From a virus (taxonomy: Duplodnaviria; Caudoviricetes), in IMG/VR virus record IMGVR_UViG_3300033463_000087, positions 1 through 64,000 of that record: a stretch of DNA of 64,000 nt, one strand, 5' to 3'. The notes beneath the pieces are model-generated. The model made no database searches, was not told where the DNA came from, and worked only from the letters and a program-made list of their open reading frames with translations. Positions 29,085 through 37,442 of the stretch are shown here, one piece after another (positions within the stretch are counted from its first letter, which is position 1; every line of letters starts with the position of its first letter). Position numbers and translations under genes: made by a program.

Positions 29085-29141
29085 TTAATTAATATATTCT
29101 CTAATAAATTTTTCTGCTTTAATTACTTTTATCATTTTCAT
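29085..29141 (-). CDS. 18-aa micro-ORF consisting mostly of the family leader (MKMIKVIKAEKFIREYIN)
   Basis: Manual translation; fills the gap between two leader-family genes. No clear SD, so translation is unproven. Confidence 0.4.
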   Translation of the reverse strand: MKMIKVIKAEKFIREYIN

Positions 29142-29145
29142 AATA

Positions 29146-29517
29146 TTATTTTCTTTTAGTAAATCCTTTATTTCTTTCTTTGAAATCTTCAATATTATCT
29201 TTTACAGAATTAATAGGATTTATATCTATTTTAACTCCATCTAACTCTAAATTATATTTTGATATAATATTAAATAAAGAATCATCACTAATATCTCCAG
29301 AATATTGTAACAGAACATCCAGATCACTTTCAGAGGTGTTTTCACCTCTTATATATGATCCAATTAATTCTATATTTTCAATTTCAATATCGAGGTTATT
29401 TTCTTTAATAATATTTTCTATATCTGTTTGTATAGAACTAATAATATCAGAAATATACCACATATTTCCATTGAGTTCTATTTCTTTTTCAGATTTTATT
29501 AATTTAATAAATTTCAT
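29146..29517 (-). CDS. Leader-family minimal nucleotidyltransferase (Pol beta superfamily)
   Basis: MKFIKLIKS leader followed by LIGSYIRGENTSESDLDVLL (GS...DxD) and KIDINP. Confidence 0.8.
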   Translation of the reverse strand: MKFIKLIKSEKEIELNGNMWYISDIISSIQTDIENIIKENNLDIEIENIELIGSYIRGENTSESDLDVLLQYSGDISDDSLFNIISKYNLELDGVKIDINPINSVKDNIEDFKERNKGFTKRK

Positions 29518-29543
29518 ATAAAAATATAAATTTATTTATTTTA

Positions 29544-29822
29544 CTAATTATTACGTCGATATTCGTCTTCTTCTTTAGCTGCTTTTGCTAAAATATCTTC
29601 TACTTTATTCCAACATTCATCCCAATATTTTTCGTCTATATTAAGATCAATTAAACAATCATTTGTAATTGCAGTGTTTTCTTTAATATCTACAGTATTT
29701 TCAATAAATTCAACCAATTCATACTCATCATCACAATTTCCCACCATATCGTTAAACCATTCTTGTACTTTCTCTTCCAAATCATCAATATTATTAGCTT
29801 TAATTAATTTTATAAACTTCAT
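29544..29822 (-). CDS. Leader-family acidic protein (internal start MKFIKLIKA within the 204-aa ORF)
   Basis: In-frame ATG at 29822 has a GGGAGA RBS and a class-1 promoter at 29847-29866. Confidence 0.65.
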   Translation of the reverse strand: MKFIKLIKANNIDDLEEKVQEWFNDMVGNCDDEYELVEFIENTVDIKENTAITNDCLIDLNIDEKYWDECWNKVEDILAKAAKEEDEYRRNN

Positions 29823-30158
29823 AATTAATATTCTCCCATAATTTATTATAAAAATATAAATGAAATGATAAATTGAATTTTTATTACGTTTCTTATAATA
29901 ATTTGGATGTTTCTTCTCAAATTCTTTTCTATATTTCTTTAATTTTTCTTTATATTCTATATTTTCTTTATGTTTATGATAATATTTATTTTGATAATTA
30001 TTTTGATATTTTCTATAAATATTATATCCTTTATTACCTTTAGAAACATACTTTTTTCTACAATCCTTACAAATAGTAGTATGTTTGTCTTTAGATTTAT
30101 TATTGATATGAAATTTATTTAAAGGTAATTTTCTTTTACAATGGCCACATATTTTCAT
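29823..30158 (-). CDS. Basic CxxC...CxxC zinc-finger region (homing-endonuclease-type DNA-binding module with no nuclease domain), open in frame into the downstream gene
   Basis: MKICGHCKRKLPLNKF....SKDKHTTICKDC; no stop codon before 29544. Confidence 0.55.
29847..29866 (-). promoter_or_regulatory. Class-1 promoter motif inside a coding region
   Basis: tataaaaatataaatgaaat upstream of the internal ATG at 29822. Confidence 0.65.
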
Positions 30159-30535
30159 TTTAATTTTTCCCCTTCTTTTGTCCTTATTCTTAAACCAGGA
30201 CCTTTTGGTATTCCAAAAATTTTACAACACTCATTAAATTGCTTTCCATGAGTGCTTTTACCGCCATCTATATAATACATAATATGATGACAAAATTCAT
30301 GAGTCAATATTTGTTTTATTTTTGCTTCACTATTTAAATCTAAAATATCATCATTTATGGAAATAATATTATGTCCTGGATAATAACAAGCAATTTTAAC
30401 TTCATCATCAATAGTAAGTATAGGTTCTTCAATGTTATATTGTTTATAAATAAGTTTTGCTTGTTCGGTAAGTAGTTTTATTGTTTTTAAGCAAAAATTT
30501 AATCTTGAAAGGATTTTGTTATCTAATATTAGCAT
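30155..30535 (-). CDS. SprT-like zinc metalloprotease
   Basis: ILTHEFCHHI...STHGKQF (HExxH plus HG). Confidence 0.8.
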   Translation of the reverse strand: MLILDNKILSRLNFCLKTIKLLTEQAKLIYKQYNIEEPILTIDDEVKIACYYPGHNIISINDDILDLNSEAKIKQILTHEFCHHIMYYIDGGKSTHGKQFNECCKIFGIPKGPGLRIRTKEGEKLK

Positions 30536-30810
30536 TGTTTATCTCCTTTCTTTTTAAACTCTTCACATTTTTGTTTAAATTTATACCATTCTTCTAAAAT
30601 TAATTTACTTAATTTTTCATTACATTCAGTACATAAATCTAATCGTGAAGAAAAATCGTCGTGTTCTTCTTCATATTTGTCATATTTTGTTAAATAATGT
30701 AAAGTTGCCCAAGGTCCAAAAAACTTTGTATCTTTTTTAGTTAATTTTTTACCACATATATCACAATAATATATTTCTTTTGTTTGTGTAACTTTTTCTA
30801 CTTTCATCAT
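30529..30810 (-). CDS. Small Zn-binding hypothetical protein
   Basis: YCDICGK...DLCTEC. Confidence 0.6.
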   Translation of the reverse strand: MMKVEKVTQTKEIYYCDICGKKLTKKDTKFFGPWATLHYLTKYDKYEEEHDDFSSRLDLCTECNEKLSKLILEEWYKFKQKCEEFKKKGDKQC

Positions 30811-30855
30811 ATATAACTTCCTCCCAAATATATAAGAAATTGATTCTTATAAATA

Positions 30856-30870
30856 TATTATATTAAATTT
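30856..30870 (-). promoter_or_regulatory. Class-2 promoter motif (variant)
   Basis: aaatttaatataata upstream of 30810. Confidence 0.5.
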
Positions 30871-30888
30871 TTAAGAAAAAGTAAATAG

Positions 30889-31065
30889 TTAAAAATCATG
30901 TACGTCAAAATGCATTTTTACTTCTTTTAATTCTAAATAATTGCATTTATAGTTTATATCAATATAAATAGTTTTACCTTGTACTTTAACATTATTTCCC
31001 ATATATTGTGCATATTTACAAGTATGACATTGACCATCATTTATACATTTACTACCTTTTTTCAT
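30889..31065 (-). CDS. Small Cys-containing hypothetical protein (58 aa)
   Basis: Not in the ORF track; AAGGAG RBS; MKKGSKCINDGQCHTCKYAQ...HFDVHDF. Confidence 0.55.
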   Translation of the reverse strand: MKKGSKCINDGQCHTCKYAQYMGNNVKVQGKTIYIDINYKCNYLELKEVKMHFDVHDF

Positions 31066-31261
31066 ATTTTATCTCCTTAAAATTTTACCTTTCGTTTCGC
31101 CACCGAGAAAGGTTATCGGTCGGAGGTTATAAGAAAAGAAAATAACTTATAACTATGTTAGGCTATCTTTTTAAAAGAGTACCATTTGCTCCTACAATTA
31201 TAGGCATTGTAGTCAACCCAATTAAGTTTTGGCAAGTAAATACACTGATGTCCATATAAAA

Positions 31262-31276
31262 TATTATACTAAATTT
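31262..31276 (-). promoter_or_regulatory. Class-2 promoter motif
   Basis: Just downstream of the MCP terminator. Confidence 0.6.
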
Positions 31277-31296
31277 TATTAAAATATTTAACCAAT

Positions 31297-31327
31297 AAAA
31301 AAGAGCCACTAGAAATAGTGGCTCTTT
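31297..31327 (-). terminator. Intrinsic terminator after the major capsid gene
   Basis: AAAGAGCCACTA-4 nt-TAGTGGCTCTTT followed by a U-run on the minus strand. Confidence 0.8.
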
Positions 31328-31349
31328 AAATTTACCAATTAACTCAATG

Positions 31350-32285
31350 TTACGGTAATGTGATTGTTCTAACTGCTAACATATTATGTAAAACAACACC
31401 ATAGTTTGCATAGCCAGTAACAATGTATTCAAGTTTCCAAGGCAAGTCTGTAATCTTGATTTGTTGATTTTGTCTCAACACATATTTACCAAGATATTCA
31501 GGTGCGGTCAAAACATAGGCTTTCTTAGCAGGGCAAAGTTTGCTAACTAAGAATTTCAAGCCCATAATTTGGCTAACATAACCATTTTCAACGATTGTGT
31601 TTAAGGTTACTTGGTCAACAACTGCAGCAGATGTCAATGTGCTAATGAATTCATAGTAAGCAGCAGGATTCATAACGATTGCTGTTGCAACTAATTGATT
31701 AACCATCATATCTGCACGAGCAGTATTTAATGTCGCAAGTGAAAGATTCGGTGTAGCATTTAAGGTACCATAAGCACCAGATGCTTCAGCAGCGGCTAAC
31801 ACTTTGAACAATTCTTCATCCAAAGAAAGTGCTAAACCGACGGCAACTTTATTTTTGGCTTCGTCTAATGTATTATAGGCGGCTGTAAAGATTTGGTCAT
31901 AAGAAACAACCCAGTTAATTGCTGTGGTATGCGTATTGTAGAAAATACGTTTCGGACCGCGTTCAATACGAGCAGGAGCACCTTTAAACGGAACGATTGC
32001 AGCACCCAATTCAGGGAATTCAATATCAGCCCAAGCAACATTGTTTGAAATGTTGTCTTCTTTGAATACCTTTGTGGTAATGGCTTCATACGGAATCCTT
32101 ACTTTCAATGCTTGGCTGAAAGCAACTGCTGCTTTCTTTTGACCAAAAGCACCTTGGTTCATAAGACCATTGTAATAAGTGTTAAGTTTTACTTGGTCTT
32201 GTGCTTCTTTTTCAGCAGAAGCCTGTTTTTTCATGCCTTCACCTTTTAAGAGGGAGGCTAATTGCATTAATTCTTCTTTTGTCAT
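31350..32285 (-). CDS. Major capsid protein (HK97 fold)
   Basis: 311 aa, last gene of the protease-scaffold-decoration operon; strongly biased codon usage; strong terminator downstream. Confidence 0.8.
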   Translation of the reverse strand: MTKEELMQLASLLKGEGMKKQASAEKEAQDQVKLNTYYNGLMNQGAFGQKKAAVAFSQALKVRIPYEAITTKVFKEDNISNNVAWADIEFPELGAAIVPFKGAPARIERGPKRIFYNTHTTAINWVVSYDQIFTAAYNTLDEAKNKVAVGLALSLDEELFKVLAAAEASGAYGTLNATPNLSLATLNTARADMMVNQLVATAIVMNPAAYYEFISTLTSAAVVDQVTLNTIVENGYVSQIMGLKFLVSKLCPAKKAYVLTAPEYLGKYVLRQNQQIKITDLPWKLEYIVTGYANYGVVLHNMLAVRTITLP

Positions 32286-32308
32286 AATATTTATTATCTC
32301 CCTATTAA

Positions 32309-32752
32309 TTATTTGACATTAATATAAGCAACCAAAACACCAGCAGTTGCATCAAAAGAAACAACTGTACCAACAGGTTCGGTTGTGGTATCTGAACCAT
32401 CAATTAAGTCGAGCTGACCTTCAGCATTAACTTTAAGACCAGCACCAACTGTGAATTGGGCATCTTTATTGAACGGGAAAACTTTTACACCGTCAATTTC
32501 ATCTGCTGCCAAGGTAACTTGTGCGATTTTCACTACACCAACTTTACCTGAATCAGCAAACCACTCACCACCAGTAACATCATTTTTACCAGTGTGATAA
32601 TAGTTATAAGAAAGACCTGCAAATTTATCATCTGCACCACAGAGCTTATAACCGTTTTCACCATAAGTCAACGGAGAACCTGCAATAATATTTTTTGTTG
32701 TTAAATCACAAGCACCATTAACTGTCAAACATTCGAAATCTCTATTTAACAT
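32309..32752 (-). CDS. Capsid decoration/cement protein
   Basis: 147 aa directly upstream of the MCP; FTVGAGLKVNAEGQL...PVGTV pattern. Confidence 0.65.
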   Translation of the reverse strand: MLNRDFECLTVNGACDLTTKNIIAGSPLTYGENGYKLCGADDKFAGLSYNYYHTGKNDVTGGEWFADSGKVGVVKIAQVTLAADEIDGVKVFPFNKDAQFTVGAGLKVNAEGQLDLIDGSDTTTEPVGTVVSFDATAGVLVAYINVK

Positions 32753-32766
32753 TTTAATTTTTTCCT

Positions 32767-34308
32767 CTATTTAGAATTTCTAGATTGGAATTCCATTTCT
32801 TTTTCAAGAACAAGGGCTTCCATATCTTCGGTAGAAGATAAATCTTCTTCCTTTAAGTTAAAAGCAGGAACAAAACCTGCGAGTTCGCTAGCTTCTTTTT
32901 TCATTGCTTCGTTTATCATGCGTTCGTGCATATTTGTTGCTTCTTCCGCTGGGCAGCAAGTATATGTTTCATATATTGCATTAAGTTGCTCATTGGAATA
33001 TTTAGCAAATTTTTCTGTCATAGCCGCTTTTTCTTCAGCATCTGTAATATTTAAGGAAGCAATAATTTGTTTAATCTTGCTTGCTTTAATTGCAGTTGCT
33101 TCTTTCTTGGCTACTTCTTCAAGTTGTGCTTTAAGAGCTTTAATTTCTGCTTCTTTGGAAGCAATAACTTCTTTTTGTGCTCTTAATTCTTTTGTAGCAT
33201 CCCTTAAAGATTTAATTTGAGAAGCCATAGTTTTATCTTTTTTATTTCTTTCTTTGTTGAAGTCTTTTAAAGCCCATTCAACTTCTGTACCTACACCAGA
33301 TTTGCTAGGTAAACGATTATATAAAGATTTAACTTTTGAAGGAGCAGCTTTTACATCTGCATCTTCATCGGCTTTCTTAAATTCTTTAGAATCTAAAGCG
33401 ATTTCAGATTCAAGATTATCTTTCTTCACTTCATCTTCTTTAATGCTGAATTCTTTAAGTTCTTCAGCTTCATCATTATCAGTACCCGGAACAGTATCTT
33501 CAATTTCAGCAGCAATTAATTGTTTTGCTGAAAGTTTTTTACCGTTTTCAAGGGTAATTACGCCTTTTTCATTTGCTGTAATTTTCATATCTTTACCATC
33601 AACTTCAACGGTATCACCAACTTTTGCTTCTACTTTAGTAGCAACTTTCTTTGAAAGTTTGCTTGCTAATTTGGCAAAAGCACCAAAGGTATAGCCAATT
33701 TTATGTGCAATTTTATTAAAAACTGTTTCAGCTTCAGGTAATTTTTTACCTTCATTATATGCTTTAATAATGCTTGCTTTTAATTCTTTATTAAGAATTT
33801 TACCAGCTTTTAATGCTTTAATTTTGCCACCTTTAAGTTTCAAAATATAATAAGAATTATTTAATGAAGCATGTGCAGTATGACAAGCAGCAGGAACATA
33901 ACCAACTTCGTCAATTTCTTCCATTGTTTCAGGAACATTGACTTCTTCTTCTAATTCTTCTGCAACTTCATCTTGCGGTTTTTCCGCTTCAATGATTGCT
34001 TCATAAATTTCTTTCTTTTCCTCATCTTCGCCTTCTACTTTTTCAACGAAGATTTCAGTGCCATCAGCTTTAGTAATTTTTGCTAAATCATCTGCTTCTT
34101 CTTCAGTTAATTTAACATTTTCTTCAACTGTTGCACCGTCAGATAAAACGATAAGATCCTCAGCTTCAGCTTTAGGTTCAGTTTTGGTTTTATTTTCCTT
34201 AACTTCTTCCTTTACTTCTTCTTTGGTATCTAAATCTTTTTCATCTTCTTTGATTTCAAGGTCTTTTTCTTCCTTGATTTCTTCGGCTTTGAGTTTTCTT
34301 TTTGCCAT
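32767..34308 (-). CDS. Prohead scaffolding/core protein
   Basis: Very E/K/A-rich, coiled-coil C-terminal half; between protease and capsid genes. Confidence 0.7.
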   Translation of the reverse strand: MAKRKLKAEEIKEEKDLEIKEDEKDLDTKEEVKEEVKENKTKTEPKAEAEDLIVLSDGATVEENVKLTEEEADDLAKITKADGTEIFVEKVEGEDEEKKEIYEAIIEAEKPQDEVAEELEEEVNVPETMEEIDEVGYVPAACHTAHASLNNSYYILKLKGGKIKALKAGKILNKELKASIIKAYNEGKKLPEAETVFNKIAHKIGYTFGAFAKLASKLSKKVATKVEAKVGDTVEVDGKDMKITANEKGVITLENGKKLSAKQLIAAEIEDTVPGTDNDEAEELKEFSIKEDEVKKDNLESEIALDSKEFKKADEDADVKAAPSKVKSLYNRLPSKSGVGTEVEWALKDFNKERNKKDKTMASQIKSLRDATKELRAQKEVIASKEAEIKALKAQLEEVAKKEATAIKASKIKQIIASLNITDAEEKAAMTEKFAKYSNEQLNAIYETYTCCPAEEATNMHERMINEAMKKEASELAGFVPAFNLKEEDLSSTEDMEALVLEKEMEFQSRNSK

Positions 34309-34358
34309 TGTTTTTTCTCCATTTTTATTAAAATGAAATTATTACAGGTATCAAAACC

Positions 34359-34378
34359 TATATAAATATAAATGAAAT
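34359..34378 (-). promoter_or_regulatory. Class-1 promoter motif
   Basis: tatataaatataaatgaaat upstream of the scaffold gene. Confidence 0.75.
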
Positions 34379-34386
34379 TTATTAAA

Positions 34387-36162
34387 TTAATAAGTTTCTT
34401 TAATAATTTCATTCAAATCTTTATTTATAGAAGCAGTAGAACTAAATGGTGTATAACTATAATTATCACCATCTAAATAACTATCTATTTCTTTATCAAG
34501 ATTTACTTGTTTGTTTTTAAATTTTTCCAATTCTTCTTCGGTAATAATATTATTTTCAAGCAAATCGTCTATTTCATTATTTTCTATTGCCTTATTTAAT
34601 ACTTTATAAAAAAGTTTTCCATCGCGCTTTGTTACAATTTTATCTTGCAATAATTCAAAAACATCGCGCTTATTTAAAAAATCTTCAATTAAATCATTAA
34701 ATATTTTTCCATCTTTTTTAGTAATAATCTTATGATAAAGTAAACTATATTTGCGACCTTTTTCAATAAATTTATCTACCAATTCATTAAATAATTTTCC
34801 GTCTTCTTTTGTAATAATATGATTGTAGAGTAAATAATACCAATCATCTTTATCATTTTTATCATTTATTATATCTTCAACAATTTTATTAAACAATTCT
34901 TTATCATTACGCGTTATAATTTCTTCATTAAGCAAATTAAATCTTTTGCCTTTTTTGGATAATTGTTTTACTTTTTCGATAAATTTATCATAATCAGTAT
35001 TTTTTAATTTTTTAAGATAATTCATTTCATCTACATATTCATCATGATTTAAATAACTATTTATCTCCTTATCTAAATTAACTTCTTCTTGATGTTGTTC
35101 ACCAAAGTTTTCTGCTTCATCTTCAATCATTATTAAAGGTTCTTGATTTATTGATTGTGCTACGGGTTGTTCTTTAACCTCTTCTTGGTTTGTTTGAGTT
35201 TCAAGTTTTTGTAAATCCATTATATTTAAACCAATTTGTAATTGCATAAGTTCACGAACAATACCTTGTAATGGATTTGTAATAATTTGTGTATTATCTA
35301 CACCCATTATAGTAGTTAAAAGTGAATCTGCTAAAATTTTCATTTTATTTAACAAATCTACATTACTTAATGCTTTAAACTGTTCTTCGCAAGCCATTTT
35401 AAATTCTTTCATTTTGCCCGCTTGTTTAATAGCCATATATTTGTTAAATTCTTCTTTAACATTACTTTTCTTTTTTGATGCTTTAATATCAAAAACAAAG
35501 GCATCTTTATCTGCCGGAACTTCAACAGCACTTAAACCTGTAAAGCAAATATCTTTGTTTATTTCATACACATAATCACCATTTTCATCTTGCTTACCTT
35601 TCATATAGGTAATCGGGTTATTAGGATTCATATGCTCACAAAGATTATCAAAAGAAGTAGCAACATTACCACATTTTGAACAAATACAAGTGCTTGCTAA
35701 ACAAGACATAGAAACTTGGTTATAAGTACCATCTAATATTTGTTGACAAAATTCAGGGTATTCATTTTTATCAATAGCACAAAGGCAAACAACATATTCT
35801 TCTTCATCATTTGGCACAGCATCAAGAACAATACCTTTAGCATCGGCTTCACTATCTTCTTTATGTTCAATATAAAAACCTACACCTGGATATGTCGGTA
35901 ATGCTTTTTTAATTTCTTCCCACGGAAAAGCATCAAAGTTACCATTATAACCATGTTTTTCCATACCCGAAATTGCACGAGCAGTTAAAAATAAAAAGTT
36001 TTTTGTGTCATAGTTATATGCTTCTTGTGGTAGAAATTTAGTTCTATCATTTGAGGGATTTTCATTTGCTTGTTTTACAAAATCTCTCCATTGAAATTTA
36101 CCGTTTGCGTCTGTAGCATAAACGGATTTAATATCTAAAGTTGCTTTTCTAAGAAATGCCAT
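34387..36162 (-). CDS. Prohead maturation protease (assemblin/HK97-type) with Zn-finger and C-terminal repeat extension
   Basis: FYIEH (His), QVSMSC (Ser), CSKCG...LCEH, FTGLSAVEVPADKDA. Confidence 0.75.
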   Translation of the reverse strand: MAFLRKATLDIKSVYATDANGKFQWRDFVKQANENPSNDRTKFLPQEAYNYDTKNFLFLTARAISGMEKHGYNGNFDAFPWEEIKKALPTYPGVGFYIEHKEDSEADAKGIVLDAVPNDEEEYVVCLCAIDKNEYPEFCQQILDGTYNQVSMSCLASTCICSKCGNVATSFDNLCEHMNPNNPITYMKGKQDENGDYVYEINKDICFTGLSAVEVPADKDAFVFDIKASKKKSNVKEEFNKYMAIKQAGKMKEFKMACEEQFKALSNVDLLNKMKILADSLLTTIMGVDNTQIITNPLQGIVRELMQLQIGLNIMDLQKLETQTNQEEVKEQPVAQSINQEPLIMIEDEAENFGEQHQEEVNLDKEINSYLNHDEYVDEMNYLKKLKNTDYDKFIEKVKQLSKKGKRFNLLNEEIITRNDKELFNKIVEDIINDKNDKDDWYYLLYNHIITKEDGKLFNELVDKFIEKGRKYSLLYHKIITKKDGKIFNDLIEDFLNKRDVFELLQDKIVTKRDGKLFYKVLNKAIENNEIDDLLENNIITEEELEKFKNKQVNLDKEIDSYLDGDNYSYTPFSSTASINKDLNEIIKETY

Positions 36163-36164
36163 AT

Positions 36165-36392
36165 TTAATCCTCATCAACAAAAAACGGTACATTAAGATC
36201 AAAAGCATTTATTGATTTTAATATTCTATCAAATGTATTTTTAAGAACTAATTTATTTATTTCTTGTTCCTTATTTTCTGCAATTTCATTATATTTACGA
36301 GCTAATTCAAGAGTAGCATGTTCTAATTCCGAATAAAAATTATCTTTTATTAATTCGTTATTTTCTGCTTTAATTAATTTTGTAAATTTCAT
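36165..36392 (-). CDS. Leader-family small protein (MKFTKLIKAE)
   Basis: GAGG RBS; shared N-terminus. Confidence 0.7.
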   Translation of the reverse strand: MKFTKLIKAENNELIKDNFYSELEHATLELARKYNEIAENKEQEINKLVLKNTFDRILKSINAFDLNVPFFVDED

Positions 36393-36405
36393 ATATACCT
36401 CTAAA

Positions 36406-36627
36406 CTAATCTTCTTTTCTATACTCTTCTATTGAAGATAATACTTGTTTTAATTTATATTCAATGTTAACTAAAAGATCATTAATGCTAGTTTCGTCAC
36501 CAGATTGTATAAAATCTGATAATTCACCTACTTCTCTTTCTGTTAAAACTTCAAGTTTATTTACAACATTATCATTTAGTAAATCAAGTTTATTTTGTGA
36601 AAGTTCTGCTTTAATTTTAAATTTCAT
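36406..36627 (-). CDS. Leader-family small protein (MKFKIKAE)
   Basis: GAGG RBS; acidic helical body. Confidence 0.7.
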   Translation of the reverse strand: MKFKIKAELSQNKLDLLNDNVVNKLEVLTEREVGELSDFIQSGDETSINDLLVNIEYKLKQVLSSIEEYRKED

Positions 36628-36637
36628 ATTTCCTCTT

Positions 36638-36826
36638 TTAAATTACTAAAACTAATTTGCCATAAAGTGTCCCAATTACATTATAATATGCACTACTAAC
36701 ATCAGTATTATCAAGTAAATCGTCTAATGGTATAAAATGTTCATATTCTTTTATATCATCAATATGTTCTTTTGTAACATAAAAATATGTTTCATCAGAT
36801 GTTAAGTAGCTTGGAATCACATTCAT
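36638..36826 (-). CDS. Possible 62-aa hypothetical protein
   Basis: Its ATG overlaps the class-1 promoter motif and has no SD; the region may instead be a leader. Confidence 0.3.
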   Translation of the reverse strand: MNVIPSYLTSDETYFYVTKEHIDDIKEYEHFIPLDDLLDNTDVSSAYYNVIGTLYGKLVLVI

Positions 36827-36843
36827 ATAAATATAAATGAAAT
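36824..36843 (-). promoter_or_regulatory. Class-1 promoter motif
   Basis: catataaatataaatgaaat upstream of the protease operon. Confidence 0.7.
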
Positions 36844-36896
36844 AATAAAAGGCAGTCTATTAGTAAGCCGCCTTTTAGATTTATAAATTAAATAAA

Positions 36897-37442
36897 CTAT
36901 TTTTTCATCAATAATTCTTTAATTTCTTCAAGTAATTTAATTACTCTACTATCTTGAACCATTATTTTGTTAAAATCTTCATCTTTAATAATATGGGCTC
37001 TTTCCCATTTATTTGCTTTAGGATCATAACAAAATGATTGTGTAAACATTTGTTTATTATCTTTTAAGTTAGAAGATAAAATACCTCTAGGTTGCACAGT
37101 AATTAAATAATTTAATGTTTCAGGTAACTCTATACCAATAGACTCTATTTTACCACTAAATCTTTTTAATTTAGGTGTAAAAGAAATATTTACAGTATAA
37201 GTATCTGTGTCATTCAAATTATTCTCTTGATAAGGTATAAATAAACAAATATCTCCAGATGAATTATCTTTTGCTTTTGCAACTTCTTCTATAAAATAAA
37301 TTTTTTGTTTATTTATATAAATAGAAGTTTCATATTCAAATTTGCTAGGTAAATTAGATAATTCAGTTTTATTATAAATAAGAGACATATCCGTTTTTTC
37401 TCTACGGAATACTCTCAAATTAATATTTGGATTATTTGCCAT
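36897..37442 (-). CDS. Hypothetical virion-module protein
   Basis: 181 aa, beta-rich, under a class-1 promoter operon. Confidence 0.55.
   Translation of the reverse strand: MANNPNINLRVFRREKTDMSLIYNKTELSNLPSKFEYETSIYINKQKIYFIEEVAKAKDNSSGDICLFIPYQENNLNDTDTYTVNISFTPKLKRFSGKIESIGIELPETLNYLITVQPRGILSSNLKDNKQMFTQSFCYDPKANKWERAHIIKDEDFNKIMVQDSRVIKLLEEIKELLMKK

Noticed and set aside
31066-31261. Hammerhead ribozyme in the structured leader
   Set aside because: CTGATG and GAAAC lie on opposite strands and the CUGANGA core is incomplete.
34230-34412. 60-aa minus-strand ORF bridging the protease and scaffold genes
   Set aside because: It overlaps both genes, spans a promoter motif and is low-complexity; likely spurious.
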